From assembly GCA_030141605.1 (NCBI GenBank), contig JAQGDQ010000842.1:38345-88603 (forward strand): DNA of 50,259 nucleotides. Direction: 5' to 3'. Of the stretch, positions 25,770-37,516 are shown one piece after another. Position 1 is the stretch's first letter. Every line of letters begins with the position of its first letter. The stretch comes from Tubiluchus corallicola (taxonomy: Eukaryota; Animalia; Priapulida). The translations under genes were made by a program, and so were the position numbers. A model generated the notes under the pieces. The model was not told where the DNA came from, made no database searches, and saw only the letters and a list, made by a program, of their open reading frames with translations.

Positions 25770-27130
25770 TTGTAAATTTTATTTTTAAACCAGGTGACAA
25801 AATACATCTAACTTCAAAATAAAATTCCAAATTTTTAATTTCACAAGTTTAAGATGAAGCGGAAAACTCTATTTTCAGCATGAGTCTAGGGACACCTCAA
25901 ACTGATTTTGAGGTGTCCCTAGACACCTGAGTTTGCAACAAGGTTTCTAGTTCTAACAAGTGTTAATCGCCACAAAGTTTTTGTGAGAAAGTACTAATTA
26001 CTGTGCAAAAACATTAAGGTGACAACAAACTTGTTGATTTAAATCTGGTTTACAACACTTATGCTGGAAAAAAGATTTAAAATGAAAAAGATGCCTAATA
26101 AGTCAGACATTAAAATCGCACCAAGATAATCAAACAATCATGCGAAGCAAAACTTCTCTTGTTAGTTCTAGTTCAACGGTAGATTCGTCTTGAACTTCTG
26201 ATGTTCTCTGATTTTTAACATTAAAATTTTGCGCAACAGCAACATTGTTAGTCAAAGCATCATCGTGCCTTCACTCACTGTGGGTTCTCTCTTGCTACCC
26301 CACAGCTTGATTCTATAACTTTTGATGTGAAAATTATGCTTTTGTACCAACATATTCTTCTATTAATATTTGCTGTCGCTATTTTGTAAAACTTGAAAAT
26401 TCATCCAACGAGTATTCCCCTGACATAATGCATTTTTATCACTCTGCTATTTATCACTCCACAAATGCAAAAAAATTGTGGCATTTTCAAGCCAATCTGT
26501 ATCGAGTTCATTTGCGTAACAAAATTTTCGGTCAACTCTATAATTAATTAAATATTATGACTAAAAACTTGTTAGTGATTTTCTTTAAATAAGTTAGCTA
26601 GGAGCTGTATAGTGTAATTTTATTGGTGTATCGAATTTCTGAACCACCCTGTACAAATTTTCTTACAGGCAAACCGTACAATTCTTCATACAGACGATCG
26701 AACAGATTGGCATTTTCACAATGGTTCAAATTCTCTGTAATTTACTTTGAGCAAATGTATTAAGTAAAACTGAGCAAACCAAAAGCTTTCAAATTTTATT
26801 GTGCAACTTTGCCAGCAATTGCGCCACTTACTAACAAAGCACAACCATTATAAAGTAGATTATTTTAATTTTTAAACACATAACAAAACATGTTACAAAA
26901 CAACAGTAGAAAATTGTAAAATTACTAAATTAAACGATACGCCAAACGTCTACCCCATCGTGCTCCATGCCGGTTGTCATTGCGGAACAGGTGCTGAAAT
27001 GGAAGTCGCTACTTATAGCTGCTATGCAGTGCCGATATGCAATGGCTTCGTAATAGATGAAACCATCACAATGCAGAGGGGGGTCGAAAATGAAGAGCAT
27101 TTTCTCTTCGTAACAATATAATGGTAATTA
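25770..27130. repeat. Segmental duplication of spacer ~4890-6235
   Basis: Collinear near-identical sequence. Confidence 0.9.
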
Positions 27131-27254
27131 ACCTGATTATTTCCAATTATTTATGGAACTTTATTAGTTATGATGATGCCAAGTAATGCTGATAACAGTA
27201 ATAATAGCTGTTTTCACAAAATGTGATCCATACAAATATATAACGCACTTTTTA

Positions 27255-29808
27255 CTACTTGGCATTGGATTCACATGCGTAGGATGCTTTGTATCTACCA
27301 CAGCTACCATCATTCCAACGATATCTGTAACGCTTTTGTACTACTGCACAGTCCTCTCCTCCACAACAATTATTAGGTTGATGATGACCCCAGTTAGTAG
27401 ATATGATGAGTTGACTGTTGGAAATCCACCTCCAGTCGCCTTCACTGTGTTGATCTGTTCCACCAATCCAGAGGTTTTCAATACCTATAAGGAATGCAAC
27501 TTGGAATAATGTAAATATGACAATTATGAATTTTTTTGCCAACATTGTTCCTGCTTGACAAATGGCTGATTTAGATGGCTAGTAACATTAGTAGCCACAG
27601 TAAATACATCAATACCACGAATATTACAAAAAGCCCTCTGAAAACAATCACCGGACAGCTGTGACAACAAAGAAAAGGCAGCTGTGACTATTATATCTAA
27701 ATTGATAACAACATTCTCAATGGCAATTATCGTTACAAGTTTAAAATCACATGAGCGCATTTCCACATGGACATAATTTTAGTGCAAATGTCAAAAAAAC
27801 TTTTTCAATTTTTCAGAAAAAGCAAGTTTGCATACGTTCATTAGCATCAAGAACTTATTATGGTGGGGTGTTATTTGCCAGGTGCCAATAAAAATAGAAC
27901 AATATTACGTCTTGCAAGTTTGCAGTTAAAGTATGATTATCTTTACACGGGACATACTGGAGGTTGCATACTTACATTTGCATGAAGAATTCATTTTAGT
28001 GGGCTGATTTGCCAATTCCCATTAAAAAAACCATTATTTTGCGTGATTTTTGTCGAACTGCTACTCGTAAAATATGACTTTTCCATCTAAAATCTGTAGT
28101 AGGAGTTAATGTTTCCAGCTCATTATGAGTAGTTGTTCCTCATAAAAATTATTACCTTCAAATAGTAAAAGTTTTGCCATTGTGTTTAGTTTACGTATAC
28201 TTAGAACAATTTTTATAGCGATGTGAATAATGATGGAATTGCAAAGTACAAAATTTACTATTACCCAGCAGACATCAAATAAACGTTTTACCGTTCATAG
28301 AGTCACAGGGTGATTAGTGCATTTGTAGCTGACATGTTGCCAAGCAATGTACGTGTGTGGAACCAGCTCAAGAAATTTTTTTCACTCAACATTCTAGACA
28401 CTTGCATTTAGTTCTAATTCTGTTATCTCCATTTACCATTAAATCGGGTTTTGAGCCCCAATCTTAATATTTTGGTTCTGATCGGAATCCCGAACTTCAT
28501 CCTGAGCTTAAGAATCTAGCCCTCCAGCTCCTGTTAGCTTCTCTTATTCCGATTCCAAGCAGCTGATCCCTACCCAAACTCCGATAATGTGTGGAAATTA
28601 AACACAGCTAATGTTGACTAGAATTACTTAAAAAATTAATATTAAACTGGCAAGAGCTGCTATGGCACAGAAACGTTCACCAGAAATTTAGCTTGAGATA
28701 AATCTGTAAAATGATCCTCTGTTCTTAATCTGGCACGATAGTGTTGCCATGTGCGTTATGACAATTTGATTTTTTTATATAAAAAGTAACATTTACTTTA
28801 TCCTCGCGTACAATAAACCAGGCAAATCAATATGGCCCTGTTTTTTCTATTTATAAGCTTATAATATGAAAAGGTAAAAATCATTTAAAGGCTTCAAATA
28901 CTTGCCTTTCGCTTTCATATTATTGACTACAAACTGATCTTCCTCAGCAGTTTCTATTTCAACCAAGTCACTAGCTACATCTTTGCAATTTGTTACAGCA
29001 TTCCGCCAAAATATTCTGACTTTGTGAAACAAGTAACAGTGTCCATTGTGGTATTCTCCACCATTTTTGCAACATTTCTGATTCTGGAGGAAAAGTAAAT
29101 TGCATTATGAAAGCAACCAAAACTGAGTAAACACGTTTAGTGAACCTTTCAAAATGTAGACAGTTGTTATTGTAAAATCATGTAAGTTGGTTACAAGGAG
29201 TGTGTAAATCAAAATATTGCTGCTATATACATTCACTAGGAATTTTTTCATTTGCAATTACCATCTTTGTTGAACGTCAAAATCCATAAAGACTAGTCAA
29301 ACACCACATTACCTACATCACACCACCTACACTATGACAACTTCATCTCCCCACCCACACCTTGTCACACTCATCACACCATCCACAGCACATTTACCGT
29401 ATCCACTACAACTTACCACTTCATGGATATCATGATGATGACTATTATGACGATAATGACCCCACCTAGAACACTAACATCAACAATATGCCAGCCTAAT
29501 AAAACCACGAAAATCATTTTGTACAACATTGAAACTGTGTATTATTACAAATGCTACTGTGCCTGTGTGTGCGTGCGTGTGTGTGTATGCGAGTGTGTGG
29601 GTGTGTGTATGTGAGTGTGTGTGTGTTGTAAATCTATGTATTATATGTAAATGTATACAGAAACCACCGAAATTAACATAAACCAGTGCATTAAAGTTAT
29701 TACCTCTGTAGCCTTACTGCTGATATTTAAACCTCTTACAGGGCCTGCAATCACAGCACCGAGAGAAGCTGATACGAACAGTAAGCTGATCACAGAGACC
29801 ACATGCAT
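27255..29808 (-). CDS. Secreted C-type lectin, copy 6 (170 aa; QPN/WND, extra CC in the long loop)
   Basis: Exons 29808-29704, 29083-28906, 27484-27255 (...WGHHQPNNCCGGEDCAVVQKRYRYRWNDGSCGRYKASYACESNAK*). Intron 2 donor AG/GCAAGT. Confidence 0.9.
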
Positions 29809-30403
29809 TGTGCAAGTAACAACTATTACCACATTAAACTATGAAAACCAGTCTTGTAGGTTTCTGAACCTAAGAAAAAATAGATGATCCGAAATGAGGC
29901 AGAAAGATAATCCAAATAAAGTGTTTCTGTACAAAAGTTTATGAAACTACTGACACAAGTTTACGAAAGTGTTTAATGTAAGGTCAGTCACCACGAGATA
30001 AAATGAAAGTCATGTTCCAAAACGTATTGATAGTTTAAGCTGTTGGAATGCTCAATAACGTACAATTTAAGCAACTTATTGTCAGAACAATTTAACTATT
30101 GTTATTTCATTCTGCATTCTTTCGTGCATCGGTTTTCAATAAGCATTGTCTTAACTTTATAGCTCACGTTCCACGTTGAAATATTTGATTTTCGTGATGT
30201 CATAACGTAAATTCAAATGCTGCACATGCGCGGGATTTTAAGCCTCATCAACATTGGTCGAATAGATGAATCTTGAAAGTGCATACTCAACAGCTGTTTC
30301 TGCCTAATCAAATGTAATTTTTGGGTTGACCAAACAGCAAATTATAAATTTTCATTGCAATACACTCATTTTGTGCCTAAATATTTTTGTCAATATAGCA
30401 ATG

Positions 30404-30466
<63 letters not shown>

Positions 30467-30555
30467 CTGTCTCTCTCTTTTTCTCTCACTCTCTCCCGTC
30501 TCTCTCCTCTCGTCCTCTCTCTCTCCCTCCCTCCCCCTCTCTTTTTCTCTCTCTG

Positions 30556-30636
<81 letters not shown>

Positions 30637-31755
30637 CTCTCTCTCTCTCTCAATCTCTCTCTCTCTCTCTCTCTCTCTGTGGCATGCGTTTTAGAAAAGT
30701 TAAGTTTAATTTTTTTGCCATACACACACATTACTAATATAACTAATATAAATGAAGTGTCAGCAAATAACAAAAATTGGATATAAAAAATGCCCTTCTA
30801 ATCAACGGAATACCTTGGTTTAATCATTTACCTTAAATTTGTACATTTTATTCTGTTCACATTCAGTACAACGCTGCACAAATCTAGCAAATCGTCATGT
30901 GGATTATGGACAATGACAATTTCTATGTCAAACTGGTGATGAGTTGAATTTAAAGAAAGCTGTAGCTGTAAATCAATTCACCTGACGATGAGCTAAACAA
31001 ACTTAATGAGTTTTGTAGCTAGTATTGGGTAACACTTGAATATCGGATCTTAATCAATACCTATAATTAGGTAAAGTCCGAGGTTTGCAGTGACCACATT
31101 GATAAAAAACAGGAATCGTGGTAGAATTACAGTAATTTCAAGTGTAAGTATGCTCCGTAATGCTGAATGTACAGCTAAGAATTCATTATCGAACGCTGTC
31201 CATTTTTGGAAGATGCCGAATTGATGAGCTTGAACTTTTAATTGTAAGTTAGGGGGGCTCATGTTGTCTTTTATTACCTGCTTTATTTGGGGAGATTAAA
31301 ATTATTCATGTTACAAATTTTCCATCATCTCAAATTACTTATTAAAACATTGTTTAAAATTTGACTGTAACAAAAAACAAGCATTTTTAATCCGTTGCAT
31401 TTACTGACTCGTGCTTTAAAACTGCAAAATAAAAAAAAATATTATTTTTCATAAAAACAACAAAGAGACGATTCAAAGAATTTACTTTTGTGATTTTTTT
31501 CCTTTTTTGGGGGGAAAAATCTTTCACACATTTTGTTACTTATTTATAATTAACGCAATTTTGTTTGACTAGTTGGCATCCTGTCTCGGCACACAATGGA
31601 GTGTGTACCAAGAGAGTCAGTTATTTATCACATTGATGGAGCTGCTGCGTCGACTGTGGCTGAGCAATCCGATCCTTGAACGTCTCCAGGGCGCACGCCT
31701 GGGCAAGGTGTAGTCCAAAGTTTATAATTAACTTAATAATGTGTTTTAATACAAT
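28900..31755. repeat. Segmental duplication of ~13940-16560 (its right part also matches 1-600)
   Basis: Collinear exons 1-2, long intron 1, (CT)n tract and spacer. Confidence 0.9.
30406..30680. repeat. Expanded (CT)n microsatellite
   Basis: Directly visible. Confidence 0.95.
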
Positions 31756-32505
31756 GTTATGTTGTGTTGTGTTGTGTTGTGTTGTGTTATGTTGTGTTGT
31801 GTTGTGTTGTGTTGTGTTGTGTTATGTTGTGTTGTGTTGTGTTGTGTTGTGTTGTGTTGCGGTGCGTTGTGTTGTGTTGTGTTGTGCTGTTTTGTGCTGT
31901 GTTGCGCTGTGTTGTGCTGTGCTGTGCTGTGTTGCGCTGTGCTGTGCTGTGCTGTGCTGTGCTGTGCTATGCTATGCTATGCTATGCTATGCTATGCTAT
32001 GCTATGCTATGCTATGCTGTGCTGTGCTGTGCTATGCTATGCTATGCTATGCTATGTTATGTTATGTTATGTTATGTTATGTTATGTTATGTTATGTTAT
32101 GTTTTGTTGTGTTGTGTTGTGTTGTGTTGTGTTGTGTTGTGTTGTGTTGTGTTGTGCTGTGCTGTGCTGTGCTGTGCTGTGCTGTGCTGTGCTGTGCTAT
32201 GCTATGCTATGTTATGTTATGTTATGTTATGTTATGTTATGTTATGTTATGTTATGTTATGTTATGTTATGTTATGTTATGTTATGTTATGTTATGTTAT
32301 GTTATGTTGTTATGTTGTGTTGTGTTGTGTTGTGTTATGTTATGTTGTGTTACGTTGTGTTGCGTTGTGTTACGTTACGTTACTTTACGTTACGTTACGT
32401 TACGTTGCGTTATGTTATGTTATGTTATGTTTTGTTATTTTATGTTATGTTATGTTATGCTATGTAAGTTATGTTATGCTATGCTACGCTATGCTATGCT
32501 ATGTA
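31755..32505. repeat. Compound pentamer microsatellite (TTGTG/CTGTG/CTATG/TTATG/TTACG)
   Basis: Directly visible; same position in the repeat unit as 597-1175. Confidence 0.97.
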
Positions 32506-32953
32506 ATGAGAGAAGAAAACGTAAAACAACAGCAGAAAGAGAAAATTACTAAATTAAACAACATGCCAGATGTCTACCCCATCGTGCTCCATGCCAGTTG
32601 TCATTGCGGAGCAGGTGCTGAAATGGAAGACACTACTTATAGCTGCTATGCAGTGCTGATATTCAATGGCTTCGTAATAGATGAAACCATCACTATGCAG
32701 AGAGGGGTCGAAAATGAAGAGCATTTCGTCTTCGTAACAATATAATGGTAATTGACATGACGTATTTATGGAACTTTATTAGTTACAATGATACTGAATA
32801 ATGCTGATAACAATAATAATAACTGTTTTTGCAAAATATTAGAAGTTAACAATAAACTAATAATGGCTTAAAAAGAAAAAGGTACAAAGAATTGGTGTGG
32901 TGTGTAGCCATTTTTTCTTATGTGATCCATACAATTATGTAATCCACTTTTCA

Positions 32954-35738
32954 CTACTCGGCATTGGATTCACATGTGTATGATGCTTTGTATGTACAAG
33001 CAATGTCATTCCAACGATAATTGTAGCTCTGGTGAATTACTGCACAGTCCTCTTTTACTTGGTTATAATTATTAGGTTGATTGACATCCCAGCTATTAAA
33101 TACGATGGGCTGACCGTTGGAAAACCACCTCCAGTCGCCCTCACTGTGTTGATCTGTTCCACCAATCCAGAGGTTTTCAATACCTATAAAGAATGTAACT
33201 TAAAATGAAGGTATGGCAAAACCATATTTGCATTTTGGTGCAGTACAAGTGCACTAATGTTTTAATGCCCCCCTTAATGTAGTAGGATATTTTTTCCGCA
33301 TCTACATCGTTGGTTTGCCTTAATGTAAATATGACAAATGTGACTTTTCTTTGATAAAATTGTTCCTGCTTGACAAATTACTGATTTAGATTGCTAGTAA
33401 TAGTAGTAGTCTCAGTAAATAAATCAATACCGCGAAAATTACAAAAAACTCTCTAAAACAATCAGTGGATGAAGCAAAGGGCAGCTGTGTGGTAATTATA
33501 TCTAAATTGATAACAATATTTTCAATGACAATTATCGGTACAACTTTAAAATGACATGAGCACCTTTAAACATGGACATAATAGTACTGCAATTGTCAAA
33601 AAATGCTTTTTAAATTGGTAAATCTATGAAGAAGTTCTAAAGGTAATTGCTAAGACACAAGGTCAAGTAGAATACAGGTAAACTTTATGTTTATAAATAA
33701 TTAATAACACTATACATTGCTCTCTCAGTTTAAGTCACATACTTCTTACTAAGTGATCGCTGAAAGCCAACTGCCCAGGTAAATTTTTTCCATGAAGCAA
33801 GGAAGCCAGCAATTCAATGAAGGTAAATGTTATGCATACTAGTTAAAGGATGAAAGTTTAGGCTGTATATAAAGAAATAGACTTATTTTATAGCTGAAGT
33901 TTTTTGTTTAGGATTTCAATTTTTTAACAAGAGAATGTAATAATATGACTAATGACCATAATTAAGAAACAATAATTAATAAAAATAAGATAAAGAGATC
34001 GTGAGCTTCACGACGAAATCGTTAAATTTTCTCTTATTTCCTCTCTTCTAGCGCAGTCACACACAACATAGGTTTTCAATTTGCACACTCCCACAGGTGC
34101 ACAACCTCTGATTTTGTGGGATTCTTGACCAGCGGCCAGTCTCTATTGTCAGCCAGTCAGATATCACTACATATAACTTACGTTGATAGTGACTTCCACT
34201 ACAAGGCAATTTCCTGATAACATAATTTATTATCCAGATTTCATTAACCACGACAACGCCTTGCTAATTTACAGAAAAAGCAAGTTTGCAAACGTTCATT
34301 TTCGTGAAGAACTTATTCTGGTGGGGCGTGATTTGCCAGGTGCAAATAAAAGTAGAACAATATTAGGTCTTGCAAATTTGCAGTAAAAGTATGATTATCT
34401 TTACCCGGGACTTACTGGAGATTGATCGATTTGCCAAATGCCAATAAAAAACAATTATTTTGTGTGATTTTTGTCGAACTGCTACTAGTAAAATATGACT
34501 TTCCCATCTAACATCCGTTTTACGAGTTAATATTTCTGGATCAGTAGTTATTCCTCATAAAAATTATTACCTTCAAATAGTAAAAGTTTTGCCATTGTGT
34601 TTAGTTTACGTCTACTTAGAAGAATTTTTGTAGCGATGTGAACAGTGAGGGAAATGCATAGTACAAATTTACTATTACCCAGCAGACAGCAAATAAATGT
34701 TTTACCATTCATAGAGTCACAAGGTGATTAGTGTATTTGTAGCTGGCATGTTGCCAAGCAATGTACGTGTGTGGAACCTGCTCAAGAAATTTTTTCACTC
34801 AACGTTCAAGACACTTGCATTTAGTTCTAATTCTGTTTTCTGCATTTACCATTAAATCGGGTTTTGAGCCCCAATCCTAATATTTTGGTTCTGATCCTTA
34901 AGAATGTAGCCCTCCAGCTCCTGTTAGTTTCTTTTACTCCGATTCCGAGCAGCTGCATCCTACCCAAACTCCGATAATGTGTGGAAATTAAACACAGTTA
35001 ATGTTGACTAGAATTACTTAAAAAATTAATATTAAACTGGCAAAAGCTGCTATGGCACAGAAACGTTCACCAGAAATTTAACTTGAAATAAATCATAACC
35101 TATAAAATGACTTCTGTTGTTAATCTGCACATCAGTATTGCCGTGTGCATAATGATAATTTGACTTATTACATAAAAAGTAAAAACATTTAAGGACTTCA
35201 AATACTTGCCTTTCGCTTTCATATTGTTGACTACAAACTGATCTTCCTCAGCGGTTTCTATGGAAACCAACTCACTAGCTGTGGCCAAGCAATTCAAAAA
35301 AGCTCTTCCCCAGTCCACCGTGATTTTGTGAAACAAGTAACAGTGTCCATTGTAGTATTCGCCACCATTTTCACAACATGCTGAGCATGATGCAGTCTCA
35401 TTCTAGAGGAAAAGCAACTTGCAAACTTTCCAAGAGAACACGTTCAGCAAATCCTTTCAAAAGTGTTGGCACTTGTACTTGTAAATTTTATCGAAAAGCT
35501 AGTTACATGTTTAAATCAAAATATTACTGCTATATTAATTGAATGCGTATATATTCATTGAGAAATTTTTAATAATTTATTATACTTTGTTAAACTTCAA
35601 GTTTAACAACGATTGTATTAATTTTAAGGTAATTACCTGTGTGGCCATACTGATGTTTGTCCCACCTTCAATGCTAGCACTCGCACCCCCGAGAGAAACT
35701 GATACGAACAGTAACCTGATCAGAGAGATCACATTCAT
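32954..35738 (-). CDS. Secreted C-type lectin, copy 7 (174 aa; QPN/WND)
   Basis: Exons 35738-35637, 35402-35210, 33183-32954 (...QPNNYNQVKEDCAVIHQSYNYRWNDIACTYKASYTCESNAE*). Intron 2 donor AG/GCAAGT. Confidence 0.9.
33625..34015. mobile_element. 391-bp insertion in intron 2 of lectin copy 7 (solo-LTR-like)
   Basis: Absent from paralogous introns; flanked by AAATC at 33620-33624 and 34016-34020; weak terminal inversion (TGAAG/CTTCA), but the ends are not intact TG/CA. Confidence 0.55.
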
Positions 35739-36319
35739 TATGCAAGTAACAACTATTGCCACAATAAACTACGAAAACAAGTCTTGTAAGTTTATGAACA
35801 TCAAAATAAGTGTTTTAATAAGAAAACCATAAATGGGCAGAAACAAAGCTCAAAAAATCATCCAATAAGAGCTTCTTTGTTCAAAAATTGGATAAAAATT
35901 TTTTATAAAACTAGTGTCACGTGTGTAAGACGAATCACCGTAAGATCAGGGCAAATTCACGTTCGAACACAATGGTGTAAACAGTTAGAATGCTACAATT
36001 CAATTTGTGCCACCTTAGCACTTGACGTCACAACAATGAAACAATGTCATTTATGCGTTCGTTGTTTTGTGATAAAACAATAGAAAGGGTTTAATTCCTA
36101 TGATGTCACAACAAAAATCTAATGTCGCGCATGTGCAGAAACGTATTTCCTGCTTGAATATCGACCAATACTTAAAAGTGAGTTGCTCAAGCCAGAGAGA
36201 AACCTGTCAGGTGAAGTCATCATGATGCATCGTTTGCTGGTGGCAGTTTGAAATGACATTGCAGAACTCACAGTAGAAAAAAGTGAATCAAGTTTAGCTA
36301 GTCAGATACATTACTTGTT

Positions 36320-36580
36320 CTGCTTCACCTCATCACCATCAAGGGATTCGTACAAAAGAAGTTTTTTGAATGTTTTCACCGTTTTGCTTCATTCATCACA
36401 ATTAAACCAGAATTTACAAAAGTGAAAAATTTAATGTTTTTTTAAATCATCAGTGTGGTAAAGCATTTACTCACACACACATTCTAAGACAGCATGTAAG
36501 GAGTCACACATGAGAAATGTTCTGCTAACGTCCATCAACGTCCATGAAAACTCTTTTGTATGCAGTCATTGTGATACATT
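36320..36580 (+). pseudogene. Degenerate C2H2 zinc-finger gene remnant
   Basis: 36448-36513 reads HQCGKAFTHTHILRQHVRSHT*, followed by an FVCSHCDT fragment. The downstream flank (~36630-36910) is homologous to ~46055-46350, downstream of the intact zinc-finger gene. Confidence 0.65.
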
Positions 36581-37516
36581 GTACTGGATCATAAAATTGT
36601 TTGTAACAAAACTTGCAAAGGCACAAGCCGTAGGTCATTTATTTCTCATTACACATTTACAATAATTTTGTGTACAAAATATATTGCTTGAGCCTACAAA
36701 TAACCTAATACAAACCATTTTTTCTGTTTCTGCACAAGAAAAAACACACAATGTTTGCCTATATATAAAACTAAATGCGGGCAATCAAAATGCTGGTCTT
36801 GTTAGATTGTCCCACCCTGTAAAAGTAACGAAAATAAATTGAAAATTACGAGGTGAATCGTGTGATAAAAAACTGTTTAGTGCCTCACAATGGATTAATA
36901 TGATGAATGAAACATATGTATGGGATGATATAAAAGATAGAAAGACTATTACTTTTCTAAAATATTAATAGTAAGATATACATTTTATCTTTTATCCGGA
37001 ATTTCTGCTTAAAAAAGAGTATGCTTGAGGCCAAAGTGTATCAGAGTGTTGTGTCTGGATAGTTGAAATTTTCTGCATTAGCTAATTTCACACAGATGAT
37101 ACTGTACATTGTTACAGTACAAGCTCTGCAGTTACTGAAACCTTTTTCTCAATTTTTTCGTCAAAAATCGATTTTTAATATATTTTAATCTGAGCTAAAC
37201 AATTGAATTTCATATTATAATTATACATAAAAATCCATTGTATGAGTAGTAGAAACTTAAAAAAGTTACTATTTCAAAATTGTAATCTTTATTATGACCA
37301 TCTTGAAGCACATTAGGGAATAAAAGTGTTCTCCTGTACAACCCGCAATTACACATTGAGTTTAGCTTTTTGTTGTATCTGTTTGCTCATCCAATTTGTG
37401 CCTAGAATGAAACCAAATACATTCATATCTTGCTTCGCTGGACCTCACTTTTATGGATTTCTGAAGAATCGTGCTAAATCTTGCATCACTGTGAGTCATT
37501 ACAGACACAGCTCCTG

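Noticed and set aside
30326-30786. SL-repeat and ER-repeat ORFs
   Set aside because: Translations of the (CT)n microsatellite.
32660-32700. SECIS-like GUGA-stem-UGA downstream of the lectin genes
   Set aside because: The helix is too short, there is no apical AA, it lies beyond the AATAAA, and no gene has an internal in-frame TGA.
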